Shown in pieces: positions 37,874 to 47,343 of a stretch of 64,000 bases of DNA. The DNA is from Parachlamydiales bacterium (GTDB lineage Bacteria > Chlamydiota > Chlamydiia > Chlamydiales > Rhabdochlamydiaceae). How positions within the stretch are numbered: position 1 is the stretch's first letter; each line of letters begins with the position of its first letter. Location: positions 480,001 through 544,000 of the forward strand of contig OY970065.1 in the NCBI GenBank assembly GCA_963705295.1, in the 5' to 3' direction. The notes beneath the pieces are model-generated. The model ran no database searches, was not told the origin of the DNA, and was given only the letters and a program-made list of their open reading frames with translations. Position numbers and translations under genes: made by a program.

Positions 37874-38034
37874 TTAACCGGAAGCTTAAAAAAGATGACA
37901 AAGAGCGCTAGCGAGGCAAAGCCAGATTGATTCTCGCGAGGAATAACATTCTTGAATACGAAGGATTCCGAGCGAGAATCGATATGGCGAAGCCGTAGCA
38001 AGCTATTTGGCACCTTTTTTAGGCTTCCGGTTAA
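37874..38034. mobile_element. MITE-like palindromic element (family A-related)
   Basis: 33-bp imperfect terminal inverted repeat beginning TTAACCGGAAGC (4 mismatches) and internal GATTCTCGC/GCGAGAATC inverted repeat. Confidence 0.7.
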
Positions 38035-38039
38035 CCTGT

Positions 38040-38110
38040 GCGCCTGTAGTTCAATGGTAGAACCGTAGCCTTCCAAGCTACTTGTGTCAGTTCGATTCTG
38101 ATCAGGCGCT
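38040..38110 (+). tRNA. tRNA-Gly (TCC)
   Basis: Acceptor stem GCGCCTG/CAGGCGC, anticodon arm GTAGC-CTTCCAA-GCTAC, TTCGA T-loop; no encoded CCA. Confidence 0.93.
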
Positions 38111-38194
38111 CATTTATAAACTAAATTTTTAACCAAGACCGAAATCTTCCTGACAAGGGGATGCCGTGTCGAATGTAACTACGAGGGACAAGGC

Positions 38195-38996
38195 TTGGCA
38201 ACAGCACAAGAACAAGAAAGTATTGTAAGCGTTAAGGAATTATTAGAATGTGGTGCCCATTTTGGTCACCAGAAGCACCGTTGGAACCCGAAGATGAAAC
38301 GTTATATCTTCGAGGAGCGCAACGGAATCTACATCATCGATCTCGCCAAAACGGTTCAACAAATCCGGAAATGCGGTTGAGATCGTCAAAGAAAATGTCT
38401 CCAAGAGAAAATCGATCCTTTTTGTCGGAACAAAAAAACAGGCAAAAAGCGTTGTGCGCGAGTGTGCTGAAGCGTGCGGTGAATTTTACGTTTGCGAACG
38501 TTGGCTCGGTGGAATGCTGACCAACCTCTCAACGATCCGGCAATCGGTCAAAACCTTAGAACGGATTGAGAAACGGATCGCGACAGGCGGCGAAGGTTTC
38601 ACGAAGAAAGAGATGATCATGATGACGAAAGAGCAGATCAAACTTGATAGAAACCTTTCGGGAATTCGCGCGATGCGCAAACCTCCTGGTCTCCTTATCG
38701 TTGTCGATCCAAGCCGTGAGCACATTGCGGTGGCAGAAGCCAACAAACTGGGGATTCCTGTCATGGCTCTCGTGGACACGAATTGCGACCCCGATCCAAT
38801 TGATTACGTTATTGCCTGCAATGACGATGCCTTAAAGAGCATTAAACTCATTCTACAAGCTCTGACTCAAGCGATCATCGACAAGAAAAATGAGATGAAC
38901 ATTGCGAAAGTCAAAGGTGAAGAAGCAGCTGAGGAAGCTGGAGAAGAAGAGCTCACGATTGATGAAGAAGAAGAACAAGGTGAGGAACTCCCATGA
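38195..38996 (+). CDS. rpsB: 30S ribosomal protein S2, split by a +1 frameshift near 38368
   Basis: GAHFGHQ..RWNPKM in one frame. [19 protein letters not shown] and DTNCDP follow in the +1 frame. Confidence 0.92.
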
Positions 38997-39841
38997 CAAA
39001 AATCACGCCTGAAATGGTCAAAGAACTCCGGGAGAGAACCGGGGTTGGAATGGGTAAATGTAAAGAAGCCCTCGAACATGCTCAGGGCGATATGGAGAAA
39101 GCGATTGACTATCTCCGCAAAGCTGGAATGGCCTCTGCTGTTAAAAAAGAGGGCAGGGAAACGCGCGAAGGGATGATTGCGACGGCAGAAGGGAAAGACT
39201 CCCTTGCTTTAGTTGAGATCAATGCGGAGACCGATTTCGTTGTTCAAAACGACCGGTTCCGGCATTTTGCTCATGAAATTGCTCTAGAAGCTGCGGAGAC
39301 AAAACCTTCTTCTGTGGAAAATTTTCTTGGGCAAAAATTGAGAAAAGATTCTTCTGTGACCCTCGATCAACACCGTGCGATTGTCATGCAGAGTCTCGGC
39401 GAAAATATTAAAGTCAGACGTCTTCAACTCTTTCCAAAATCGTCGAGCCACTCTCTCGGAATTTATTCCCACATGGGTGGAAAGATTGTGACTTTGGTCG
39501 AGCTAGAAGGGGGTGCTGGACAGGAAGCTTTAGCGCGAGAAATCGCGATGCATGTCGCTGCTGAATCTCCTGACTATTTGACACAAGACGAAGTGCCTGC
39601 TGATGTGAAAGCTCGCGAAGAAGAGATTGCACGGGCGCAAGTGACTGGAAAACCTGCACAGATTATCGATAAAATTGTTGAAGGGAAAATTAAAGCTTTT
39701 TACGATCAAGTCTGTCTGCTTAAACAAAAGTTTGTGAAAGACAATACAATCACCGTTGAAGCTTTGGTCGAAAAAGAGGCAAAACGTCTCGGAAAACCGA
39801 TTAAAATTCGCCGTTTTGTACGTTGGAAAGTAGGGGAATAA
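38993..39841 (+). CDS. tsf: Elongation factor Ts
   Basis: VKELRERTG, ETDFV, IAMHVAA. Confidence 0.97.
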   Translation: MTKITPEMVKELRERTGVGMGKCKEALEHAQGDMEKAIDYLRKAGMASAVKKEGRETREGMIATAEGKDSLALVEINAETDFVVQNDRFRHFAHEIALEAAETKPSSVENFLGQKLRKDSSVTLDQHRAIVMQSLGENIKVRRLQLFPKSSSHSLGIYSHMGGKIVTLVELEGGAGQEALAREIAMHVAAESPDYLTQDEVPADVKAREEEIARAQVTGKPAQIIDKIVEGKIKAFYDQVCLLKQKFVKDNTITVEALVEKEAKRLGKPIKIRRFVRWKVGE

Positions 39842-39847
39842 TCCCTC

Positions 39848-40570
39848 ATGAAAAAAAAGGCACTCTATAAACGAGTTCTTCTCAAACTCTCCGGTGAAGC
39901 CCTTATGGGAACGGAGAAGTTTGGAATCGATCATTCTGCGTGTAAGAAAATTGCCTCCGAAGTGAAAGAAATCCACAAAATGGGGATCCAAATCGGGATC
40001 GTTGTGGGGGGAGGCAATATTTTCCGTGGAACGCAGGCCGAAGCCTTCGGTTTTTTAAGAACTCCAGCAGACCATATCGGAATGATTGCCACTACGATCA
40101 ATGGCCTTGTTCTGCAGCAAGCTTTGGCTGCTTTAGGTTGTGAATGCCATGTGATGAGCGCATTCGATACCGACTCGATCATTGAAAAATACCATTGGCA
40201 AACGGCTCTAGCCCACCTTGAAAAGGGTGCGATTGTTATTTTTGTCGGAGGAACAGGCAATCCGTATTTCACAACCGATACAGCAGCCGCTCTCCGTGCC
40301 AGTGAAATCAATGCAGAAATTCTTTTAAAAGCGACTAAGGTCGACGGTATCTATGACAAAGATCCTTTAAAATTTCCCAAGGCGACCCACTTTAAACAAC
40401 TCACCTACGCCGATGTTCTCACAAAAAAACTTCATGTCATGGACTCTACAGCGATAGCCCTTTGCCGTGAAAATCAAATACCGATCCATGTGTTTAACCT
40501 TTTCAAAAAAGGGTCCCTCCTTTTAGCCGTTACAGAAGGAAAGGGTGGTTCTCTAGTCGTAGGAGATTAA
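39848..40570 (+). CDS. pyrH: UMP kinase
   Basis: LLKLSGEAL, GGGNIFRG, GNPYFTTDTAA. Confidence 0.97.
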   Translation: MKKKALYKRVLLKLSGEALMGTEKFGIDHSACKKIASEVKEIHKMGIQIGIVVGGGNIFRGTQAEAFGFLRTPADHIGMIATTINGLVLQQALAALGCECHVMSAFDTDSIIEKYHWQTALAHLEKGAIVIFVGGTGNPYFTTDTAAALRASEINAEILLKATKVDGIYDKDPLKFPKATHFKQLTYADVLTKKLHVMDSTAIALCRENQIPIHVFNLFKKGSLLLAVTEGKGGSLVVGD

Positions 40571-40571
40571 T

Positions 40572-41123
40572 ATGTCATTCGAAGAACAAGTCAAAGCAAA
40601 AATGCAGGCGACTGTCGATCATTTTAAAAATGAACTCAAAAACCTTCGAACCAACCGGGCCAATCCTGGAATGGTTGAGGGGGTTGTTGTCGATGTCTAT
40701 GGCGCTCAGATGAAGGTGAAAGAACTCGCAAACATCACAACGCCAGAACCTCGTCAAATTTTGATCACCCCGTTCGATCCTCAAACGGCAGGTGCCATCG
40801 CTAAAGGGATTGAGAAAGCCAACTTGAATCTCCAGCCCGTTTTAGAAGGGCATGCCATTCGGATCAATGTTCCACCCATGGATCAAGCGATGCGGCATGA
40901 GATCGTTAAGCAAGGCAAGAAAAAGGCCGAAGATATAAAGATCGCCCTACGTGAAATCCGGCGTAAAAGCAACGAAGGGATCAAGAAACAGAAAGCCGAT
41001 GGGGAAATTACCGAAGACGCCATGAAGAAGCTCGAGAAAAGTGTTCAGGAACTGACCGACAAATCGTGCAAGACCGTCGACGACCTGTTTGCTGCCAAAG
41101 AAAAGGAAATCATGGCGGTTTAA
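40572..41123 (+). CDS. frr: Ribosome recycling factor
   Basis: LRTNRANP, KEKEIM; follows pyrH. Confidence 0.96.
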   Translation: MSFEEQVKAKMQATVDHFKNELKNLRTNRANPGMVEGVVVDVYGAQMKVKELANITTPEPRQILITPFDPQTAGAIAKGIEKANLNLQPVLEGHAIRINVPPMDQAMRHEIVKQGKKKAEDIKIALREIRRKSNEGIKKQKADGEITEDAMKKLEKSVQELTDKSCKTVDDLFAAKEKEIMAV

Positions 41124-41160
41124 TGCGAATTTTGCTTACCATGATACTCCCTGGAAATTT

Positions 41161-41235
41161 GGCCCCATCGTCTAGCCCGGTCTAGGACACCAGATTTTCA
41201 TTCTGATAACAGGGGTTCGAATCCCCTTGGGGTCA
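41161..41235 (+). tRNA. tRNA-Glu (TTC)
   Basis: GGCCCCA/TGGGGTC acceptor stem, anticodon loop TTTTCAT, GGTTCGAATCC. Confidence 0.93.
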
Positions 41236-41240
41236 TTTTT

Positions 41241-41313
41241 GAGACTTTAGCTCAGTCGGTAGAGCACCTCACTTTTAATGAGGGGGTCGATGGTTCGAGT
41301 CCATCAAGTCTCA
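41241..41313 (+). tRNA. tRNA-Lys (TTT)
   Basis: GAGACTT/AAGTCTC acceptor stem, CCTCA-CTTTTAA-TGAGG anticodon arm, GGTTCGAGTCC. Confidence 0.94.
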
Positions 41314-41402
41314 TTTTAATGAGAGTTGAACAAGCCAACGGTTTGGCTTGTGTATGGATCTCGAAGTGAAGAAGCTTGCGACTGAACCGGCGGGTTTACC
41401 CG

Positions 41403-41419
41403 GAGTCCATCAAGTCTCA
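41403..41419 (+). repeat. Direct repeat of the tRNA-Lys 3' end (att-like)
   Basis: GAGTCCATCAAGTCTCA is identical to 41297-41313. Confidence 0.85.
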
Positions 41420-41436
41420 CACTTTCATTAACACCG

Positions 41437-42072
41437 CTACTGGTCGCCCTCGTCTCCCTGGTCTTGCTCAACAGGCGGTGCCATATTAACGTTCACAACC
41501 ACGGGGACCTGGACGGTTGGAAAACCAGGGTTAAGCAAAACGTAGCCGCTGGGAATACTTGAAATGTACCATCCCGGAACTTGCCATTCGGGCAAGAATA
41601 CGAAACCAGCACCGAATCCCCAGTAAACCCCACCAAACCAGAACGGCGAGGCCCAGGCCGCACCGTACCAAAAGCCGGGTCCACCCCAAATGATGGGATG
41701 TCCTCTACCAAAATGGGAGTGGTAATAGTGATCATCAAACCGTCCGTGATGATAATGACCCCGAGCATCCCTGTGTTCGCGGGATCGCTGCTCGTTGCGT
41801 TCATGGCGCGCCTGATGTTCATGCCCCGATCTTTCATGTCCATGGGACGATGACTCTCGCCTTGATTCTGGCCTTGACTCTCGTCTCGACTCTGGTCTTG
41901 TCCCTGGTCTTGATTCTCGTCTCGATCCTCCTCCTCTTGATTCTGGTCTAGACTCTCCTCTCGACCCTCCTCCTCCTGATTCTGGCCTTGATCCTCTCGA
42001 AAGCTCATCCGCGAATCCCGGAGCCGTGAAGGCAGTGACGGAAAGGGCAAGCATTAAAACAAAGTTCTTCAT
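41437..42072 (-). CDS. Secreted low-complexity protein (R-x-E-S repeats, His-rich and Gly/aromatic-rich segments)
   Basis: Signal peptide MKNFVLMLALSVTAFTAPGFA, tandem RPES/RRES/RGES units, GGAGAG RBS. Confidence 0.7.
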   Translation of the reverse strand: MKNFVLMLALSVTAFTAPGFADELSRGSRPESGGGGSRGESRPESRGGGSRRESRPGTRPESRRESRPESRRESSSHGHERSGHEHQARHERNEQRSREHRDARGHYHHGRFDDHYYHSHFGRGHPIIWGGPGFWYGAAWASPFWFGGVYWGFGAGFVFLPEWQVPGWYISSIPSGYVLLNPGFPTVQVPVVVNVNMAPPVEQDQGDEGDQ

Positions 42073-42159
42073 TTTCTCTCCTATAGGTTGGGTCGGCTAA
42101 ACCCCTGTTAGAGCTTTCTATAGCAGCCCCCCTACAAAGCTGTAAATAAAATATTTCAA

Positions 42160-42813
42160 TCAATCCAAAACATCAAGTCTGAACACTTCAGCCAAATCCA
42201 GATCGGATTCCGAAGTAATCTTGATATTTCTTTCTTCTCCCAAGACGACCGCTACGGGGTGACCCAGTTCTAAAACAAGCTGACAATCATCGGTGGCTCC
42301 GAGTTGTTTTGTTTTTTGATGAGCTTCTAAAATAAGGGGATAATGAAAAGTTTGAGGTGTCTGTCCTCTCCAAAACCTCCGTCGGTCTGGAATGGCATGA
42401 ATCCAGTTCCCATCCGTGGTGACAATCGTATCGGCAGATGGAATACACGTATCGACAGCCCTGTGCTTTAAGACAGCCTCTCTGTTTCTTTCCAAAATTT
42501 CTTTGCTAACAAAAGGGCGTACACCGTCGTGGATCATCACATAATCGGTATCGCAGACAAGTAAGGCTTTATAAACCGATTCTTGTCTTGTAGCTCCACC
42601 CTTAACGATTTTCACATCTTCAATAACTTCGGAGACCCAATCCGCATGGACAACCAAAATAATCTCTTCAAAAATCCCACTCTCAAAAAATGTTTCCAAT
42701 GGATGTTGATAGACTTTTCGAGCACCCAGCCTATGAAACTGCTTAGGTAAAGAGCTCCCAAAACGGTCTCCTGATCCTCCCATAAGGAGGATTGCTGTAA
42801 AACGTTGTTTCAT
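42160..42813 (-). CDS. ispD: 2-C-methyl-D-erythritol 4-phosphate cytidylyltransferase (IspD/TarI family)
   Basis: GGSGDRF..PKQF, GGATRQESV, IHDGVRPF, QTPQ, TDD, NIKIT. Confidence 0.9.
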   Translation of the reverse strand: MKQRFTAILLMGGSGDRFGSSLPKQFHRLGARKVYQHPLETFFESGIFEEIILVVHADWVSEVIEDVKIVKGGATRQESVYKALLVCDTDYVMIHDGVRPFVSKEILERNREAVLKHRAVDTCIPSADTIVTTDGNWIHAIPDRRRFWRGQTPQTFHYPLILEAHQKTKQLGATDDCQLVLELGHPVAVVLGEERNIKITSESDLDLAEVFRLDVLD

Positions 42814-44580
42814 TTCTGCATTTTAATGAAACCGTGTAAAATGTGCAGCATGCTTAGAACGATATCGAATTTTTTAACCGGTTATGCTCTCGGATTTCAT
42901 TACGAACGAACCCAATTTGAAGAAGAAGCAACTTTGCGGGGAGGAAGCCATTATTTTACCGCCAGTCTTCAAATTTCTCAATTGTTACAATTGAATGACC
43001 TCATCCAAATTCTCCCTTTAAATGCTAGAAGGGTCCAAGTCTGGTCAGGGCGGCTCACCCTTCTGAGTATTCCTCTTTATCTTTACTTGGCCTACAGGCG
43101 TGAGAACCATGATCAAAATCTCAGGCGGAAAATTACTACCCCACGACCTTATTTTATCGATTTCATTGTCGAACGAACAGGGACAGTGGTTCGCATTTGC
43201 TGGGTTGCGATGGGAATTTTTACGACACTCAAAATCGATCGATTTTTAGGAACCGGGATTTTGATGGGAATGGCTATAAAGTGGACCCCACAATATCTGA
43301 GTACTGTTTTGTCTGCTTTCTCCGTGGTATCGACCATCACCTTACTGGGTAAGGGGAATGTTCTTATTCGAGCTAGAAATTTCTTTTATATTTTCTCATT
43401 CTTTTGCAGCTTGAAAGGGCTTTCTCTCAGTCAAATGGGACAAAAAAAAGTCGACGGCTGGCTTCATAACATCATCGATTTAGGACCCACTCTTACAGAG
43501 ATCGAAAGGCCTTGCTGGGAAAAAAGGATTTTGAATTACGAACAAATCCTGGAAATTCTGGATGGCCGATCTAGCCAATATGAGATTGATCCTGCGCACT
43601 GTAGTAAAGAGACGTTTGATCCAAAGAATTTTCCGACATGTCACAATTTTGGAAAATTATTGGAGTTATTCGATCAAATCGATTGGGGAAAAAAATATCA
43701 ATGTATCTTGCTCAAACTGAAGTCGGATCGAAGATTTTTGACTTTTTTAAATCGAGAAAATATCGATGCCGATTTGGAAAAGAGTATCGAAATACTCGCT
43801 AGCCGAAAAGGGATAACAAAAGAAAAATACGTAATCCAATGGACCCGCGAGCAATTAGAGCTACTTGTGAACGGCCTGAGCAGGAAAATTCCGGTTCCAG
43901 GAGAAAAGCATGAACTTGAAAAAAGCATTGAGAATTGTTCGTATATTTTACCTTACTTGAGTCATCTAAAAGATCCCATCGAACTTGAAGATACTCTTTT
44001 AGAGCTTGCCATCGAGGGCGGTTTTTATTGCACGCAAGGGATCAAAATGACAACAGATTTGCTTTTGGACAGGGTTATCCAGGCCGGATCAAATCTCAGC
44101 ACACCGGCCGAAATTTACGAATTCAAGTTGAAAAGACTCCTTCAAAGGGCTCGTTTTATTATTTTAGCCAATTTTTATAAGGATTTTTTCCCCATGGGAC
44201 ATGAATCCCTTAGGGATCTCCATTTATTTTCCCTCCTGATCGTCTACTTGGGATACGGATTTATTCCTCTCAAGTGCGACATCGGAAAAAACTTATTCCA
44301 TCTTTTGATATGGGAACTTTGTGGAATTTATCGGTCGTTGATTTTCTTTTTATACTACAAAATCCTCGACGATTTGGTGAAAGAAAATGGTGTTCAGCCC
44401 TTCTGGGATTATTTTAGAACCGAGCTTTTGAAAGACCTCACACCCACGCAAAAAGAACACATCGAAGAAATCTGCATGACCAACAATCACGGGGCATGGC
44501 CTCCCGATGAAACCCGGCACCGTTTCTACCGCCTCATGCTCGTCAGTTTACGCATCATCAGAGAGAAAACGTGCTCTTGA
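42805..44580 (+). CDS. Hypothetical membrane-associated protein
   Basis: 591-aa ORF with several N-terminal hydrophobic segments; true start uncertain (42826-42850). Confidence 0.55.
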   Translation: MFHFCILMKPCKMCSMLRTISNFLTGYALGFHYERTQFEEEATLRGGSHYFTASLQISQLLQLNDLIQILPLNARRVQVWSGRLTLLSIPLYLYLAYRRENHDQNLRRKITTPRPYFIDFIVERTGTVVRICWVAMGIFTTLKIDRFLGTGILMGMAIKWTPQYLSTVLSAFSVVSTITLLGKGNVLIRARNFFYIFSFFCSLKGLSLSQMGQKKVDGWLHNIIDLGPTLTEIERPCWEKRILNYEQILEILDGRSSQYEIDPAHCSKETFDPKNFPTCHNFGKLLELFDQIDWGKKYQCILLKLKSDRRFLTFLNRENIDADLEKSIEILASRKGITKEKYVIQWTREQLELLVNGLSRKIPVPGEKHELEKSIENCSYILPYLSHLKDPIELEDTLLELAIEGGFYCTQGIKMTTDLLLDRVIQAGSNLSTPAEIYEFKLKRLLQRARFIILANFYKDFFPMGHESLRDLHLFSLLIVYLGYGFIPLKCDIGKNLFHLLIWELCGIYRSLIFFLYYKILDDLVKENGVQPFWDYFRTELLKDLTPTQKEHIEEICMTNNHGAWPPDETRHRFYRLMLVSLRIIREKTCS

Positions 44581-44675
44581 GGATTTGTCGAAAATAGATA
44601 AATCTTTGAAAGAATTGACATTATTTGATCGTATATGTTTATATTTGATCATAACCTTTAACCAAGGAGATTTGT

Positions 44676-45260
44676 ATGATCAAGTTTTTCAAATTGTTTC
44701 TTTTGTCTCTCGGTATCTTATTTTCTGCATCCTCTCTAAATGCTTATGGAAATATAAACACTCTCACAATATCTAGTCGCTCAGAGGATAAAGAGAAAGA
44801 AAGACGGTATATTATTGCTACCCCAAAAAATTGGGATAGGGTGGATGTTAAAAAACCCATCGATTATAAATTTGTTCATTCCAGCAAACAGCGAGAATGC
44901 TATTTAGTTCTTTCCGGATTCGCAGGTCCAGTTAGCAAAAATACTATCCTCGATGAAATACTGGGTGCAGTTTCAGAAATTTATGGAGATAAATTTATAA
45001 GCAATCAAAATTATAACCATATAAATTTAGATGAAACAGAAGGTGCGACATTCTTCACTTTTGCTTGGGATAGTGGAAATTCCATTGATCTCGTGCATGC
45101 TTTGGCATTTCAAGATAGAGCTTCTAATGATTGCATACGTTGTTTTGTTTTTGTAGATAAGAGCTTCAATTCTATAAAGGAAATCGACTTTGAAAAAACC
45201 AATCTGTTAGAAGATTTTAGTGATTTTAATTCAAGAATTTCTTTTTCTAGGGGGAAATAA
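44676..45260 (+). CDS. Hypothetical secreted protein, AT-rich gene
   Basis: AGGAG RBS and signal peptide ending LNA. Confidence 0.65.
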   Translation: MIKFFKLFLLSLGILFSASSLNAYGNINTLTISSRSEDKEKERRYIIATPKNWDRVDVKKPIDYKFVHSSKQRECYLVLSGFAGPVSKNTILDEILGAVSEIYGDKFISNQNYNHINLDETEGATFFTFAWDSGNSIDLVHALAFQDRASNDCIRCFVFVDKSFNSIKEIDFEKTNLLEDFSDFNSRISFSRGK

Positions 45261-45301
45261 ATATTCTCAAATTCAGCTTGTCGCACCTATCTGATAGATT
45301 C

Positions 45302-46351
45302 CTATTCATTTAGAACAATCCCTTGGAGGGATTTGTGGATGAATTCGGCCCGTTTATGGGGAAGGTCGGGGATGTCGAAGGTTTTTTGTTGGAGGATGTG
45401 GGCGAGGTGGGCGTGCCGGCATTGGAAGAAGAGGGTATTGATGGTTTGGTTGGTGATGCCGGTGATCCAGCCGAGGTCTAGGCCGAGTTTGAGGAGGCTG
45501 AGGGCACCCAGGGCTTCTTTGGTTTGAAGTTGGTACGAATGGATGAGAAGGCCGTAAGCCCGGCTGACGAGATCTTTGATTTCAGGATTGCCTTCTTCTT
45601 TGAGATGAGAGCGGACGGTTTTTTCTGCAGCGGCGAGTTTGAGGGTCATGGTTTGCAGGGAGTGGAGGATGTTTTCTTCGGTGACTCCTAAGGTGTAGTG
45701 ATTTTTTAAAATGAGAATGTCGCCTATGAGGTCATTGATGTTTCCTTCGAGACTCATGGGGAGGATGTTTTCATCTTTCTGTTTCGAGATCATCTCGTGG
45801 AGCTGTCCTGTATGATGGAGAGCGGGAACATGAAGATAGAAAAAAGCCTGGAGAGCTGTTCCGCAAAGGAGTGAATCGGAGGTCAAATACCCAAATCGAG
45901 GGGAGAATGCGTACTCGATTTTTTTGCCAAGTTCGGTTTCTAAATTCGCCAGCTCTGTCCAAGCTGGGATGACATCTTTGGAGATGTCAAAGAGCCCTAT
46001 TTGCAAATGGTTTTTTATATTGATCAAAATGAGCGATCTGCCGGTATCATCTAAGATAAATCCTTGCCCTTTTCCGGCGTTTTGAAAGCTCTCTAAGCAA
46101 AGGAAATGTTCGAACACGAGCTCTTTGTCCAGCGAAGAGAGTGTTTCTGCGGGGTAATAGTGGGCAGATTTATTTTGAAGAGTTTCAACAAGCAGCTGAC
46201 CGGCGCTGTGCATCTCTTTTTCGGAAAGCTTCGGAGGAAATTTGTACCTTGCGAGGTTCCTTTGAAGCACGAGAGACGTGCCGAGCCAAATCGGATTTTT
46301 TTCTTCTTCCCAGAGGGTGTGTTGCAATAATGATGAAGGTAAACCGGTCAT
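45302..46351 (-). CDS. mcsB: McsB-family protein arginine kinase-like protein
   Basis: RNLA..FP, FGYLTS, LHVPAL, TLGVTEE, RAYGLL, RAEFI; downstream of mcsA. Confidence 0.88.
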   Translation of the reverse strand: MTGLPSSLLQHTLWEEEKNPIWLGTSLVLQRNLARYKFPPKLSEKEMHSAGQLLVETLQNKSAHYYPAETLSSLDKELVFEHFLCLESFQNAGKGQGFILDDTGRSLILINIKNHLQIGLFDISKDVIPAWTELANLETELGKKIEYAFSPRFGYLTSDSLLCGTALQAFFYLHVPALHHTGQLHEMISKQKDENILPMSLEGNINDLIGDILILKNHYTLGVTEENILHSLQTMTLKLAAAEKTVRSHLKEEGNPEIKDLVSRAYGLLIHSYQLQTKEALGALSLLKLGLDLGWITGITNQTINTLFFQCRHAHLAHILQQKTFDIPDLPHKRAEFIHKSLQGIVLNE

Positions 46352-46845
46352 TTTTCTTTTTCCCGAATCGCTTTAATCTGGTCACGGAGCCACGCAGCTT
46401 GTTCGTAGTTTTCACGCTTCAATGCGTCGTTGAGCGCTTCATTGAGAGAAGTCAGGCGCGAAGATAGAGTGATATCGACAGGTTTATCCGGTGATTTCCC
46501 AATATGGATGGCTTGTGTCCGTGTTGTGACGAGTTTTTTCTGCAGAGAAGAGGGCACTGCATCAGCAGCAACTAGATCTTGAATGAGAAAATCGGCAAAA
46601 ACATTGTAACACTCCATACACCCTAAAGGCTGCCCAGTTTGAACCGATTGTAGGGAAGTTCCACAGTTTCCGCAGAGAAGATGACCTTCTTTCTCTGTTT
46701 TGATGAGTTCTCCATGCAGCTTTTCTTGCAAAATGGGGCAATCAGCACACATTTCCGTGCACGTGATCACATCGCCGATGATTTCTTTATAGAGAACTTT
46801 CACGGGCCGCTTACATTGACTGCATTCAATAGGACGGTCGCTCAT
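46348..46845 (-). CDS. mcsA: McsA (CxxC motifs plus UVR domain)
   Basis: Four CxxC pairs, LGCMECY, ENYEQAAWLRDQIK. Confidence 0.9.
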   Translation of the reverse strand: MSDRPIECSQCKRPVKVLYKEIIGDVITCTEMCADCPILQEKLHGELIKTEKEGHLLCGNCGTSLQSVQTGQPLGCMECYNVFADFLIQDLVAADAVPSSLQKKLVTTRTQAIHIGKSPDKPVDITLSSRLTSLNEALNDALKRENYEQAAWLRDQIKAIREKEK

Positions 46846-46963
46846 ATACGGATCTATAAAAGCAAGAAATTAAAAAATATACTCTTTTCATCCGTAGACA
46901 AAAAAAGAATAGTGCGCTTATAGTTAATTTTCATTGGATAAACTTAACCCAAAGGGGATTGAT

Positions 46964-47290
46964 ATGAGAAAAAGTATGATTATAGCGCTGTCTTTCATGT
47001 GTGTGAGTTCTTTTGTAGGTGCAGAAGAGCAACCACAAGTTGCACAGAAAATGAACGATTGCAGCGACATGAGCATGGATATGCAAACTTTTGCTAACCA
47101 ACTCTCTTCTTCTAACAAGAGAATGTTCTGCGGTCAATTCAACAACCGTCAAAGAACTCAAGCGATGCAAACCACAGGCCAAAAGGATGCATCAGGAAAT
47201 ATGATGTCAGCTGACCAAGCTGTTCAAAAAGTTGCTGCTGATAGCAACATGACTCCAGCAAAAACTCCATCCGGTTGCCCAGTCAAGTAA
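46964..47290 (+). CDS. Small secreted Met/Gln-rich protein
   Basis: AGGGG RBS, signal peptide, three Cys in the mature part, followed by a hairpin. Confidence 0.65.
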   Translation: MRKSMIIALSFMCVSSFVGAEEQPQVAQKMNDCSDMSMDMQTFANQLSSSNKRMFCGQFNNRQRTQAMQTTGQKDASGNMMSADQAVQKVAADSNMTPAKTPSGCPVK

Positions 47291-47309
47291 ATCTAAGTAA
47301 ATTCTTTTT

Positions 47310-47334
47310 GCCCATCTCCGTCCAGGGGATGGGC
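47310..47334. terminator. Putative intrinsic terminator between convergent genes
   Basis: GCCCATCTCC-GTCCA-GGGGATGGGC hairpin. Confidence 0.55.
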
Positions 47335-47343
47335 TATTGCGTG

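Noticed and set aside
37828..38076. 82-aa minus-strand ORF
   Set aside because: It is antisense to tRNA-Gly and the MITE-like element, so it is spurious.
38195..38996. rpsB as a true pseudogene
   Set aside because: It is an essential gene with a single one-base lesion and otherwise intact sequence and operon.
41493..42050. 185-aa Q/E-rich ORF in an alternative frame
   Set aside because: It is a frame shadow of the repeat protein. The 211-aa frame has the RBS, ATG and signal peptide.
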